A stretch of DNA of 63,474 bases, filler included, from 5 parts of 5 records of this genome joined end to end with filler, not necessarily neighbours in it, one strand, 5' to 3'; counted from the first letter of the whole stretch, positions 1 to 9,794 are shown. The notes: generated by a model from the letters alone, not told the origin. A program made the numbers and translations.

Positions 1-18
1 GTTGTATGCTCCATGTAG

Positions 19-35
19 TGCAGGGTTCGTGCCAG
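19..35 (-). promoter_or_regulatory. sigma54 (-24/-12) promoter for a divergent gene starting just outside the window (probably a prp gene)
   Basis: Minus strand reads CTGGCACGAACCCTGCA, i.e. TGGCAC with GG-N10-GC spacing. A GGAG RBS follows (positions 9-12) just before the window edge. It lies divergent from a sigma54 activator. Confidence 0.8.
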
Positions 36-64
36 TCGAAAAAAATAGAAAACTAATCAATTAA

Positions 65-77
65 TATCAATAATTTA
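65..77 (+). promoter_or_regulatory. IHF binding site
   Basis: TATCAATAATTTA matches WATCAANNNNTTR, in AT-rich DNA between the sigma54 promoter and the putative enhancer. Confidence 0.6.
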
Positions 78-119
78 AAGAGATAAATAGAAGTAATTAA
101 TAGTATAATTCGGTGGTAT

Positions 120-163
120 TTTGAAACATATTTGTATAAAATGAAACGATTGTATGTTTCAAA
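120..163. promoter_or_regulatory. Putative PrpR upstream activator sequence (inverted repeat)
   Basis: TTTGAAACATA (120-130) and TATGTTTCAAA (153-163) form an inverted repeat with an internal ATGAAACG. This resembles the recalled PrpR palindrome CGTTTCATGAAACG. Confidence 0.55.
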
Positions 164-183
164 TGATACTTAAGGTGTTTTGA

Positions 184-1779
184 ATGAAACCCAGAATTGT
201 GGTGTTCAGTATTAGCGCATTGGCTGGTACATTGCGGGAGATAGCCCGCGACTACAGCAGTTCCGCCAACATTGAATTGGTGCCCAAGGCCTATGAAGAT
301 GCCTTGGCTTATGCACGTCATCGTTACTACACCGACACAGCCGATGTATTCATCGCCGCAGGTTCAAACGGCGCGTTTTTGCAGAACCAGCTTGAGGCGC
401 CGCTGGTGATCATCCGTACGGATGGTTTTGATGTGATGCAAGCCTTGGCATCAGCAAGAAAGGCGTCTGCGGCAGTGGGTTTGGTCAGTTACGAACATTC
501 GTTTGATGAGCTGGAGCAGTTTGCCCGAGCGTTTGATGTGCCCTTAAGTACCAGAACCTATCGCACACCTGAGGACGCGCGTCGCGCTGTGCGGGAATTG
601 GCGCAGCTGGGTGTGAAGGTTGTGGTGGGGTCTGGCTTGGTCACCGAAATCGCACAAGAAATGGGCATGGAAGCCATCCTAATTTATTCCCGGCAAGGTG
701 TTGTGAAAGCCTTTGAGGAAGCCATACGGCTAGCCAGTGCCAAGGCCACTGGCGGAGTGCGCCGAAACAGCCAGGCTTACACGTACCACACCGAACAAGA
801 CCTGATCGGCAAAAGCCGGGCAGTTGAAAAGCTGCGTAATACGATACGGCTGTGTGGCAGTATCGATTTTTCCGTACTAATTCAGGGTGAAACCGGCGTG
901 GGTAAAGAATTGGTTGCCCAATCCATCCACAGCTCCAGTCCGCGCGCTGGCAAACCTTTTGTCGCCATCAATTGCGCATCGCTCACGGAGAGTCTTCTTG
1001 AAAGCGAACTGTTTGGTTACGAAGAGGGTGCGTTTTCAGGGGCCGTGAAAGGTGGGCGCGCGGGCATGTTTGAAAGCGCACAGGGAGGCACCGTGTTCCT
1101 CGATGAAATTGGTGACATGCCTTTGGCTTTTCAAACCCGGTTGCTGCGTATTCTCGAGGACAACACCGTGCGCCGAATTGGTTCAGCCTCATCCCGCAAG
1201 GTTGATTTCCGGCTACTGGCCGCCAGCAACGTGAATTTGCAGCAAGCCGTTGAAGAAGGGCGCTTTCGCGAAGACCTTTATTTCCGGCTGAATGAAATGT
1301 TGATCCATATCCCTCCACTGCGAGAACGAGCGGAAGATATCGGCGAACTGGCGGGCTACTTTTTAAGGACTACGCCAGTTCGTGTCAGTAAATCAAAATT
1401 CGATGCCTTTCTTCAACTGGCTTTGCCGGTTCTTCAATCCTTGCCTTGGCCAGGCAATATCCGTCAATTGAAGAATGTGTGTCGCAGGGCGGCTGTGTTG
1501 ATGCTGCAAGAAAGTGATCTGTCGTCCTGGCGCACCTGGTTTCCAGACCTGCTTGTGGGCATGGAGAATTCGCCCAGGTCACCTTTGCAGCAAACCAATC
1601 CATCCGAAGTGATGAATAATATGAACGCCTTGGCCTTGGCCTATAGCAGGGCGCCCATGTCTGAGCGTGCAAGCATTGTGCGTGAGGCGTTAAATCTGGT
1701 TAGTGGTGAGGTCAATAGGGCGGCTGAAGGTTTGGGCATTAGCAGGTCTACCGTTTGGCGTTTAAATAAGGGCAGCTAG
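184..1779 (+). CDS. prpR: Propionate catabolism sigma54-dependent transcriptional activator PrpR
   Basis: PrpR N-terminal motif (FIAAGSNGAFL...GFDVMQAL), Walker A GETGVGKE, ESELFG, GAFSGA, Walker B FLDEIG, C-terminal Fis HTH (AAEGLGISRSTVWR). Confidence 0.85.
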   Translation: MKPRIVVFSISALAGTLREIARDYSSSANIELVPKAYEDALAYARHRYYTDTADVFIAAGSNGAFLQNQLEAPLVIIRTDGFDVMQALASARKASAAVGLVSYEHSFDELEQFARAFDVPLSTRTYRTPEDARRAVRELAQLGVKVVVGSGLVTEIAQEMGMEAILIYSRQGVVKAFEEAIRLASAKATGGVRRNSQAYTYHTEQDLIGKSRAVEKLRNTIRLCGSIDFSVLIQGETGVGKELVAQSIHSSSPRAGKPFVAINCASLTESLLESELFGYEEGAFSGAVKGGRAGMFESAQGGTVFLDEIGDMPLAFQTRLLRILEDNTVRRIGSASSRKVDFRLLAASNVNLQQAVEEGRFREDLYFRLNEMLIHIPPLRERAEDIGELAGYFLRTTPVRVSKSKFDAFLQLALPVLQSLPWPGNIRQLKNVCRRAAVLMLQESDLSSWRTWFPDLLVGMENSPRSPLQQTNPSEVMNNMNALALAYSRAPMSERASIVREALNLVSGEVNRAAEGLGISRSTVWRLNKGS

Positions 1780-1783
1780 CGAC

Positions 1784-2191
1784 ATGTCATACACGCCACC
1801 CACCCTGACCGAATCGGATGTCGAATTCACTGCTATCCGCGCCCAAGGCGCAGGTGGTCAAAATGTCAACAAAGTGTCCAGTGCCATTCATCTGCGTTTT
1901 GACATTCGCTCATCGTCTTTGCCTGAATTCATCAAGGAAAAATTACTGGCTCTGCAAGACCAACGTCTGACCAAAGACGGCGTTATTGTCATCAAGGCTC
2001 AAACCATGCGAAGTCAGGAGCAAAATCGTGCAGATGCCCTTGCACGCTTGAACGAGCTGCTTGCCGAGGTAGCCAAACCCGTCAAGGTTCGCCGTGAAAC
2101 TCGACCCACTCTGGGTTCAAAACGTCGAAGGCTTGAAGGCAAAAGCATTCGGGGGCAGGTCAAGGCGCTGCGTGGAAAGATAATGGAATGA
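1784..2191 (+). CDS. arfB: Alternative ribosome rescue peptidyl-tRNA hydrolase ArfB
   Basis: GAGGQNVNKVSSA GGQ motif, RSQEQNR and a basic C-terminal tail. Confidence 0.92.
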   Translation: MSYTPPTLTESDVEFTAIRAQGAGGQNVNKVSSAIHLRFDIRSSSLPEFIKEKLLALQDQRLTKDGVIVIKAQTMRSQEQNRADALARLNELLAEVAKPVKVRRETRPTLGSKRRRLEGKSIRGQVKALRGKIME

Positions 2192-2288
2192 ATGTCATGT
2201 CCACGATCGATTTGAAGTTGCGTTAATCTTTGATGGATTGCTTGTTCCGAGTAGTGCTAATTCAACCAAGTTTTTTTTAGGAGTTTAA

Positions 2289-2447
2289 ATGGATCTCATC
2301 CGAATTCTTATTGCGATTTTGTTGCCACCACTGGGCGTATTTCTGCAAGAAGGTCTGGGCAAGCATTTCTGGATCAACATCATTTTGACTTTGCTTGGCT
2401 ACATTCCGGGCATTGTGCATGCGGTGTATATCATTGCAAAACGCTAG
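2289..2447 (+). CDS. yqaE: YqaE/Pmp3 family small membrane protein (52 aa, absent from the ORF track)
   Basis: Translates as MDLIRILIAILLPPLGVFLQEGLGKHFWINIILTLLGYIPGIVHAVYIIAKR, with a TAGGAG RBS upstream. Confidence 0.9.
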   Translation: MDLIRILIAILLPPLGVFLQEGLGKHFWINIILTLLGYIPGIVHAVYIIAKR

Positions 2448-2584
2448 CCTTTGGGCGTAGGGGCGAGAATACCAAATACTGGGAGAGATCAGCGTACCCA
2501 TCTGGGCAGGCGTGGGCGCAATTGTTGCTAGTGCCTTCCTGCTGCTGGTGGGTAGTCGCCGTCGCTAGTTTGTCCAGCGTTCAA

Positions 2585-3493
2585 TTATGCAAAAGACCAC
2601 GCCACAATGCGCGTGGTCTTGTTGCCTTGTTCCATTTCAACTTCAAGAATATCCCGTGCACCCGCGTTACGCATGTGCCATTTGGCCCGAGGCACATTTT
2701 CTGCCTTTGATACCAGCGTGGTAAACCACCTGCATTGTTGACCAAATTGCGCGCTCTCATTGATCATGGTTTGCAGAAAACCAAGTTCCCCACCCTCGCA
2801 CCACAATTCATTTTTCTGTCCACCAAAATTCAAACCCGCAGGTGCCTTTAAACCTGGTTTTTCTCCACGATTAAAAGCCAGGCTATTCACTTTTCGTTGA
2901 TTGCTTTTTATGGCTTCTTTTTGTGAGGCGTGAAATGGCGGGTTGCATACGCTCAGGTCAAAACGTTCGCCAGACTTGATCACACCTTCAAATACTTTTC
3001 GTTTGTCCCGCTGCAGGCGCAAATCGATCAGTTGCTTCAGATCCTCGTTTTTATCCAGCACCGAGGCAAGGTTCTTCAAGCCAACCGGGTCAATTTCACT
3101 GCCAGTGCAGTGCCAGCCGTACACTTTTGCTGCCAGCAACGAATAAATGCCGTTCGCCCCTGTGCCGATGTCCAGCATTTTGACCTGCCTTGAATCTGAT
3201 GCCTTAATCCCGCAGCTCGACAGCAAATCAGCCGCGTAATGAATGTAATCCACCCTGCCGGGGATCGGCGGACACAGGTAGCCCTCTGGCACGTTCCACT
3301 CCGAGATGCTGTAGTGGTGTTTCAGTAGTGCGCAATTCAATGCCTTCACGGCAGCAGGCGAGGCGAAATCAACGGAGTTTCTACCATATTGATTGGGCTT
3401 GACAAATTTTTTCAGGGCAGGGGAGGTCAACACCAAAGCATCGAAGTCATAACCGTCTTTGTGCACGTTGTTGGGGTGAAGTGTTTTGGTCAA
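2585..3493 (-). CDS. rlmF: 23S rRNA m6A1618 methyltransferase RlmF
   Basis: LCPPIPGRVDYIH, LDIGTGAN, CNPPF and NFGGQKNELWCEGGE motifs. Confidence 0.92.
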   Translation of the reverse strand: MTKTLHPNNVHKDGYDFDALVLTSPALKKFVKPNQYGRNSVDFASPAAVKALNCALLKHHYSISEWNVPEGYLCPPIPGRVDYIHYAADLLSSCGIKASDSRQVKMLDIGTGANGIYSLLAAKVYGWHCTGSEIDPVGLKNLASVLDKNEDLKQLIDLRLQRDKRKVFEGVIKSGERFDLSVCNPPFHASQKEAIKSNQRKVNSLAFNRGEKPGLKAPAGLNFGGQKNELWCEGGELGFLQTMINESAQFGQQCRWFTTLVSKAENVPRAKWHMRNAGARDILEVEMEQGNKTTRIVAWSFA

Positions 3494-5556
3494 TTTTTCT
3501 CTCGCTGGGCCTTGCTGCGCGCCGCCAAATCATAGCAACCGGTTTTGTTGGCATTCTCGGCAGAGTCCGGAGTGCCCATTTCAACAAACGGAATTAGCGC
3601 TGCAAATGGATTCAATACTGATAGCAACACAGCCCCCGCTACCTTGCCGGCCAGTGGGCCTTTTTCAAGTGATACATCGGGCGATCCCATGGTGCCGGTG
3701 ATTAGTAAAGGCGTACGCAGGCTTACCGGACTGAAGTCTTTGGGTGTTACAACCACCCTCAAATTCAATGCCTCTGTTTTCATCGAAATGCTGCCATTCA
3801 CCCACATTGCCGAGTCTTGAGTGTCAATCACAAACGCCCTGGGTTGCAGCACGCCATTGTTCGCGTTCAAGTCAGCATATGCGCAGGTCATTTGCAGCAC
3901 CTCATCTCCCCGAAACCAAACCCCAAGCGCCTCGGCAGCATCCAGGCCAGCCGCCTCAACGATCAAATGCGACATGGTTCCATTGCGCACCTGTGTTCGT
4001 ACGTTGCCAGCCAGGCTACCGAGTATTTCAGCGGTCGAGCGGCCTTGCCCTCTCAGTTTGGCTGCGCCATTCATGGTGCCGGTTACATAAGGCGGCTCAT
4101 TGCCAGCCCTTGGCATGTTCAACCATTGTTCAAGTTGCACGTTGGCCCAGTTCAGGTCTACGTCCCAAACAGCGATGTCTTCCCGCCCATCCAGTTGCAC
4201 CGAGCCAGCAAGTTCGCCCTTCGCTGTTTTTGCCTGAATCTCTGAAATGGTCAAAACACCCTCAGTGACAGCCAAATGTGCCCGCAAGGGTCGAAGTGGT
4301 TTCAATATCTCGCTGCCCAAATCCAGATTGTCGATGTCGATTTTTACATCGGCATCCATGGCCCTCAGGGAAGGTAGATCAAAGGGTTTGTCCGGTAACA
4401 CCCTGCCTTGGCGTTTCGTTGCAACCTCTTGCTTCACTGCAGGGGCGCCTACGGTGGGGCCCAGGTCCGCCAGCACCAGCGAAGGTCCTTTGAGTTCTCC
4501 GGTCAAAAGGGGTTGTGTTTTGCCACCTTCGTACACAAAACGCCCATTCAAACGACTCTTGCCGATTGTTGCGTTGTTGATGTTGACCTGCCAGTTGTCT
4601 GCGTCGCGCACCAAGTTACCTTCGGTACGAAAGGCCGGCGTGTTCGGCAAAGTGACTCCCAGAGCCTGCCCAGCCGCGGCCAGGGATGAGCCACTTACTG
4701 CAAACTGACCAGACAGTTGCTGCATACCTAGCGCGTCGGCGGCGTTGCCCTTAAAGTCCAACCGGGCTCGCCCCAAGGACACGTTCAGCTCCACCGGAAT
4801 TGGCTTGCCTTGCTTGGCCACCCAAGGAAGTACACCAGTCGATTTAAGTTGTATCTGAAGCTTTTTACCTTGATACGAACCCAGTGCCATCACAGTTAGC
4901 GCATCGGCTCCAAGCTCTCCTTCCTGCAGGCTCAGCGTTGCATCCAGGTCAAGATCAAGCGGCTCATCCCGATAGATAATCTGGCCTTTCTGAATGGCCA
5001 GCAAACCAAACTCCGGAGCAGGGGCAGGCGCTGAGTCTGCTTGGTTGTTGGCAAACTGCCAAGATGCTCGCCCGTCTTTCAGGCGTTCGAAATTGCCATT
5101 CAATGCCGTGGCAGTCAGCGACCTGATTCTCAGCGCAGATTCCGGGTTTTTGGCCCACTTCATCAGATCAACGTAGCGCATGCCAAGAGACACGTTTTCT
5201 GCCTTGACCATGAAGGGCGACTGACTCCAGGAGGGTGAGGCCACTTCAAAATGATTCAAGCGAAGTCGAATTCCACCAATCAGGCGCAGTTTAAACTGAG
5301 GGTCACTTTCATCCATGTTCGTTAGTCGAATCTCCCGTTCAAGTGCTTTACTCAGCCATTGCTCGGTTGGTTTGGCCAAAAAGGGCCATCCCATCAATTC
5401 AAGTGTACCCACTGCCAAAACAAGCAAGGTCAATATCGCCCAAGCCAGTAGTCGAACCGGCTTCTGCCGATACAGCTTCGAGGTAATCGGTGTTCTTTTC
5501 AATGGTTGTCCTGATTCTCTGTTACAAGAATTGAGTTTCTGATTCGCACTTCTCAC
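3490..5556 (-). CDS. AsmA family protein (YhjG-like); start codon uncertain
   Basis: N-terminal TM anchor, LPNTPAF, VLPDKPFDLPSLRAMDADV and the C-terminal PKDFSPVSLRTPL...GT..P pattern. Confidence 0.8.
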   Translation of the reverse strand: MRSANQKLNSCNRESGQPLKRTPITSKLYRQKPVRLLAWAILTLLVLAVGTLELMGWPFLAKPTEQWLSKALEREIRLTNMDESDPQFKLRLIGGIRLRLNHFEVASPSWSQSPFMVKAENVSLGMRYVDLMKWAKNPESALRIRSLTATALNGNFERLKDGRASWQFANNQADSAPAPAPEFGLLAIQKGQIIYRDEPLDLDLDATLSLQEGELGADALTVMALGSYQGKKLQIQLKSTGVLPWVAKQGKPIPVELNVSLGRARLDFKGNAADALGMQQLSGQFAVSGSSLAAAGQALGVTLPNTPAFRTEGNLVRDADNWQVNINNATIGKSRLNGRFVYEGGKTQPLLTGELKGPSLVLADLGPTVGAPAVKQEVATKRQGRVLPDKPFDLPSLRAMDADVKIDIDNLDLGSEILKPLRPLRAHLAVTEGVLTISEIQAKTAKGELAGSVQLDGREDIAVWDVDLNWANVQLEQWLNMPRAGNEPPYVTGTMNGAAKLRGQGRSTAEILGSLAGNVRTQVRNGTMSHLIVEAAGLDAAEALGVWFRGDEVLQMTCAYADLNANNGVLQPRAFVIDTQDSAMWVNGSISMKTEALNLRVVVTPKDFSPVSLRTPLLITGTMGSPDVSLEKGPLAGKVAGAVLLSVLNPFAALIPFVEMGTPDSAENANKTGCYDLAARSKAQREKN

Positions 5557-5661
5557 AATGGTTAACGCATACTAGCGAGAAGCAGTCAACTTAAGCGGCT
5601 TGTACCCGTTATACGGAATATCTCAATTCGATTGATTTCTTTTATTCAGGAAGTATGAAAC

Positions 5662-5808
5662 ATGAAAACATTGTTTTCCATGATTGCATTGATGTTCGCT
5701 TTGAGCAGTTGTGCAGTGTACACCCCTGCGGGTTCCGTTGTGGTTGATCCGGGTGGCCATGGCGGCGGTCATTGCCCTCCCGGGCAGGCCAAAAAAGGCA
5801 ACTGCTAA
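5662..5808 (+). CDS. Small lipoprotein (48 aa) with a CPPGQAKKGNC motif, absent from the ORF track
   Basis: Translates as MKTLFSMIALMFALSSCAVYTPAGSVVVDPGGHGGGHCPPGQAKKGNC: signal peptide with lipobox LSSC, and CAGGAAG upstream. Confidence 0.8.
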   Translation: MKTLFSMIALMFALSSCAVYTPAGSVVVDPGGHGGGHCPPGQAKKGNC

Positions 5809-5813
5809 ACTGA

Positions 5814-6107
5814 GTGCCTGTTGTGAGTGCTTACGTGGTTGGTCAAATCAGCATCGTCGATCCACTCAAGTGGCAAGAGTATCGGGACCAAGTGCCCGGC
5901 ACTCTTGCTGCCTGGAATGCAGAATTGGTTTTCAGGGGTGTTAAGGCCGCAGATTTGGCACTCCAAAATGCCTTCAGCGACATCGTAGTAATACGTTTCC
6001 CAACGCTGGATGCAGCCCACGGCTGGTTTCAATCAAATGCTTACCAGGCACTCATACCGCTTCGCGAGGCTGCGGCCCAGGTGCTGTTAACCACATACGA
6101 GGCTTGA
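5814..6107 (+). CDS. DUF1330 family protein
   Basis: AYVVGQI..DP..W.EY and VVIRFPTLDAAHGWFQSNAYQALIPLR motifs. Confidence 0.8.
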   Translation: MPVVSAYVVGQISIVDPLKWQEYRDQVPGTLAAWNAELVFRGVKAADLALQNAFSDIVVIRFPTLDAAHGWFQSNAYQALIPLREAAAQVLLTTYEA

Positions 6108-6661
6108 ATCACTTGCTTGATCCTGCAGCTCGAGACATTCTCCAGTTTTGGTTTGAGGACACTGATCCGAAATCCTGGTGGTCCGCCGACCCAAAGTTTG
6201 ACGAACAAATTCGTCTGCGCTACTTAGAAACCCTTTTGAAGGCTGCCAAGAGTGAGTTTTTCTCATGGCGTGCCTCAGCCAGAGGGCGTCTCGCGGAGAT
6301 CATTGTTCTAGATCAGTTTTCTCGCAATGTCTATCGCAATACACCCTCAGCTTTTGCTCAGGATCCAATGGCCTTGGCCCTCGCTCAAGAAGCCGTTGCC
6401 AGAGGTGTATTAAAGGAATTGACTCCGGATGAAAGGGCGTTTTTGCTTTTGCCTTACATGCACAGCGAGTCACCGCTCATTCATGTTGAGGCCGAGCGCT
6501 TGTACCGGGAATGGGCCCCGGAGAACAACCACAAGTTTGAGCTTAGACACAAGGAAATCATTGACAGGTTTGGGCGATATCCGCATCGAAACAGAATCCT
6601 GAATCGAGAGTCCACCGCTGAAGAGCTTGAGTTTCTGAAACAGCCGGGGTCAAGTTTTTAG
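6104..6661 (+). CDS. DUF924 family protein
   Basis: ILQFWF, LAEIIVLDQFSRNVYR, PYMHSE and FGRYPHRN motifs. Confidence 0.88.
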   Translation: MNHLLDPAARDILQFWFEDTDPKSWWSADPKFDEQIRLRYLETLLKAAKSEFFSWRASARGRLAEIIVLDQFSRNVYRNTPSAFAQDPMALALAQEAVARGVLKELTPDERAFLLLPYMHSESPLIHVEAERLYREWAPENNHKFELRHKEIIDRFGRYPHRNRILNRESTAEELEFLKQPGSSF

Positions 6662-7635
6662 CCGCCGCGGTTTGATCGTGCGTTCAGTACTTCAAAAAAG
6701 TATCGGTAGCTTGCCCGGTCGTGCAATTCGCCCTTGATCTGAATTGGCCCCCAGTCGGCTTTCTGAGCCTCAGTCAACACTTGCACTGCTTCATCCACCT
6801 CAGAATCGGTGGGCAGCATTGCTGACACGATATGCACAATTTGATCGGGGTGAATGCTCCACATTCGTGTGAAGCCGAAATCGCGTTTAGCACGAGTCGC
6901 GTCCTCGGCCGCCATTTCTGGCTGACGAATATTGCGGGTCACGTTGTGCGAGGGCACTTTGCCAAATCGATGGCAGGCTGCTGAAATTTCAAGTTTTGCC
7001 CGACGCACCAGCGGGTTTTCGAATTGACCCGGCGAATTCAAAGCGGTTTTGGGAATTGCACTCCGGTGGCTCGAAATGAAATCCATTATTCCGAACGAAA
7101 GTGATTCAACTTCTTCAAGACCTGCAATTTGATGCACAGCCGCCAGGGCTCCGTGGGTTTCAATCAACACGTGCATGGGTGGCGCTTCAACGCCCGCCTT
7201 GGCGCATTGCTCTCGAATGCGACCAATTGCCTGTTTCACATCGTCAAAGTTTTCTGGTTTTGGCAGCATCAAATATGCGGGCAACGGCACGCCTTCACGC
7301 AACACGATCGGCAGTTCCTGTTCAAACGCGGCGTCTTGAACCGGGTGAAGCCGAACGCCTGGCCTGCGGGTTTCGCTGCCGTATCGAGCAGAAAAATCCA
7401 CCAGACTCTGAGCTGCCCATGTTGCAATTTCTGTGACCTGGCCGACCACGGCGCCGTCTTCCAAATCCAGGGTAATGTCGAAGCAGGCTCCGATTTCAGC
7501 GCGAATCTGCAAGGCTTTCTCAAAGTACTTGGGGCGACCAGTGTAATGATCACACACCGGCAGGTTCACCTGTGCGTGATCTTCGCTGTACAAAAGGGTG
7601 GAAATGTTTGCCAAATCCAGGTTGTGCTTCTTCAC
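6658..7635 (-). CDS. HpcH/HpaI aldolase / citrate lyase beta (CitE-like) protein
   Basis: LDLEDGA, LIETHGAL, FGIMDF, PSHNV and WSIHPDQI motifs. The GTG start at 7635 has a GAAGGA RBS. This gene is a typical neighbour of mdh in Burkholderiales. Confidence 0.8.
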   Translation of the reverse strand: MKKHNLDLANISTLLYSEDHAQVNLPVCDHYTGRPKYFEKALQIRAEIGACFDITLDLEDGAVVGQVTEIATWAAQSLVDFSARYGSETRRPGVRLHPVQDAAFEQELPIVLREGVPLPAYLMLPKPENFDDVKQAIGRIREQCAKAGVEAPPMHVLIETHGALAAVHQIAGLEEVESLSFGIMDFISSHRSAIPKTALNSPGQFENPLVRRAKLEISAACHRFGKVPSHNVTRNIRQPEMAAEDATRAKRDFGFTRMWSIHPDQIVHIVSAMLPTDSEVDEAVQVLTEAQKADWGPIQIKGELHDRASYRYFFEVLNARSNRGG

Positions 7636-7671
7636 GCGGTATTCCTTCGCAGTGTTCTTTCGGATACAAAT

Positions 7672-7703
7672 AAAAAAAGCCAGCATCTCTGCTGGCTCTT
7701 TTT
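7672..7703 (-). terminator. Intrinsic terminator after mdh
   Basis: AGCCAGCA-TCTC-TGCTGGCT hairpin flanked by an A7 tract (T7 on the minus strand) and a T-tract. Confidence 0.75.
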
Positions 7704-7722
7704 ATCACGAAATGCTGGCGAA

Positions 7723-8709
7723 TTACTTGCCCAGCAAGTGCTTCACGCCTTCGCGTTCTTCCATCAGTTCGTTCAGAGTGATGTTGATGCGCTCCTGACT
7801 GAATGCATCAATTTCCAGGCCCTTCACGATTTCAAATTTGCCGTTGGCACAGGTCACGGGGAAGCCGAACTGGGTTTTTTCAGGGATGCCGTAAGAGCCG
7901 TCAGAAGGAATACCCATGGTGACCCACTTGCCATTGGTGCCCAGTACCCAGTCGCGAACATGGTCGATTGCCGCGTTGGCAGCAGAAGCCGCAGACGACA
8001 AGCCACGTGCTTCAATGATGGCGGCGCCACGCTTGCCCACTGTTGGCAAGAAGGTGTTGGCGTTCCATTCCTGGTCATTGATCATGTCTTTTACAGATGC
8101 ACCGTCAATGGTTGCAAAGCGGTAATCAGCATACATTGTGGGAGAATGGTTGCCCCATACACACAGCTTCTCGATCGATGCCACTGGCTTGCCGGTTTTG
8201 GCAGCAATCTGGCTCAAAGCGCGGTTATGGTCCAAACGCAGCATGGAAGTAAAGCAGTTTGGATCCAGGTCTGGTGCTGACTGTTGAGCGATGTATGCGT
8301 TCGTGTTTGCTGGGTTACCCACAACCAATACTTTCACGTTGCGTTTGGCGTTGTCATTCAGTGCTTTGCCTTGAACCGTGAAAATCGCGCCGTTGGCTTC
8401 CAGCAGATCCTTGCGCTCCATGCCTTTGCTGCGTGGGCGTGCGCCAACCAACAAGGCCACGTCAACGTCCTTGAAGGCAGTGGCGGGGTCGTCTGTAATC
8501 ACCACGCCTTGCAGCAACGGGAATGCACAGTCTTCCAGTTCCATGACCACACCCTTCACTGCGGGCAGGGCAGGCGTAATATCCAGCAACTGCAAAATCA
8601 CGGGCTGGTCTTTGCCCAGCATGTCGCCATTGGCGATACGGAACAACAAGCTGTAGCCAATTTGGCCGGCAGCGCCTGTAACGGCAACTCGCATTGCGGG
8701 TTTGGTCAT
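7723..8709 (-). CDS. mdh: Malate dehydrogenase
   Basis: [30 protein letters not shown] and WGNHS motifs. The ATG at 8709 has a GGAG RBS. Confidence 0.97.
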   Translation of the reverse strand: MTKPAMRVAVTGAAGQIGYSLLFRIANGDMLGKDQPVILQLLDITPALPAVKGVVMELEDCAFPLLQGVVITDDPATAFKDVDVALLVGARPRSKGMERKDLLEANGAIFTVQGKALNDNAKRNVKVLVVGNPANTNAYIAQQSAPDLDPNCFTSMLRLDHNRALSQIAAKTGKPVASIEKLCVWGNHSPTMYADYRFATIDGASVKDMINDQEWNANTFLPTVGKRGAAIIEARGLSSAASAANAAIDHVRDWVLGTNGKWVTMGIPSDGSYGIPEKTQFGFPVTCANGKFEIVKGLEIDAFSQERINITLNELMEEREGVKHLLGK

Positions 8710-8804
8710 GTCAAACACTCCAAGGGATTAAAAATCGAAGGCCATAGTTTAGCGCCAAACGCTGACACCTTGTTGACTAACTTGGTGGATTAGAGGGGAT
8801 TAAC

Positions 8805-8832
8805 TTCTAAAAGTCCTCTATAAGATATAAGA
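8805..8832. promoter_or_regulatory. Putative operator of the GntR/HutC TCA regulator (SdhR-type)
   Basis: GTCCTCTATAAGATATAAGA lies between the divergent mdh and gntR genes. It resembles the recalled Burkholderiales motif GTCTTATATAAGACATAAGA. Confidence 0.55.
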
Positions 8833-8869
8833 TACACAATAATCCGAAAAAACAAGATCGAGACACAAT

Positions 8870-9598
8870 TTGCAGCCCGTTAACCCAACGTTCAGTCCGC
8901 TTTACCAGCAAATCAAGGGTTTGCTGCTAAAAAGCCTTCAAGACGGCGAATGGAAGCCCGGGGAACTCATTCCGTCTGAAACCGAGTTGGCCGCACGCTA
9001 CGGTGTGAGTCAGGGCACTGTGCGCAAAGCCATCGACGAGCTTGCCGCCGAAAATCTGGTCGATCGAAAGCAGGGGCGTGGCACATTTGTTGCCACGCAC
9101 AACGAAGCCAAGTCTGAATATCGGTTTCTGCGATTGGCCGCAGACGAAGAGCCCGGCGTGAAGCCCAAGTCGACCTATTTGTCGGTCGAGCGGGTTAGAG
9201 CCAGCTCGCAAATCGCCAAATTGCTCGATATTAAACCCAGCGACTCCGCATTTGTGGTCAAGCGGGTGATGCGTTTTGACGGGGTGCCGCGTATTTTCGA
9301 TGAAATATGGCTGCCCGCCTCCCAATACAAAGGCCTTACCCTCGAGCGCCTTCAACAGTGGAATTCCACCTTGTATGGTTTCCTTGAAAGCAGTTTCAAT
9401 GTGCGGATGTTAAGGGCCAACGAGCATATCAAGGCGGTCAGTGCACAACAGGAGCACGCTGACATTTTACAGGTCGAAATAGGTACCCCCTTGCTGCTGG
9501 TCGAGCGCCTTTCAATGACGTATGCTGACAAACCGGTGGAGCTTCGTCGGGGTTGGTATTTGACCGACAAATTTTCATACAGGAATGAATTGTATTGA
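8870..9598 (+). CDS. GntR (HutC/UTRA) family transcriptional regulator of the TCA cluster
   Basis: PLYQQIK...IPSETELAARYGVSQGTVRKAI...QGRGTFV winged HTH plus UTRA domain, in the conserved mdh-gntR-sdh synteny. Confidence 0.9.
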   Translation: MQPVNPTFSPLYQQIKGLLLKSLQDGEWKPGELIPSETELAARYGVSQGTVRKAIDELAAENLVDRKQGRGTFVATHNEAKSEYRFLRLAADEEPGVKPKSTYLSVERVRASSQIAKLLDIKPSDSAFVVKRVMRFDGVPRIFDEIWLPASQYKGLTLERLQQWNSTLYGFLESSFNVRMLRANEHIKAVSAQQEHADILQVEIGTPLLLVERLSMTYADKPVELRRGWYLTDKFSYRNELY

Positions 9599-9794
9599 AT
9601 TGATACAAGTCTTTTGCGGGCAAAAGAATGCATTTGAACTACTTAGCGCTCAAAATCAAAAATATCCCGCTTTTAGCCCAGGCTGATTTGGTTCAAAATA
9701 TATCGTTGTCCGATATTGGTTTTTTTTAAAGGATTCAAGCTGCAAAGCTTAGGGTTTTGGCCCGTTTTCCAATCACTTTTATAAGAACACGAGC

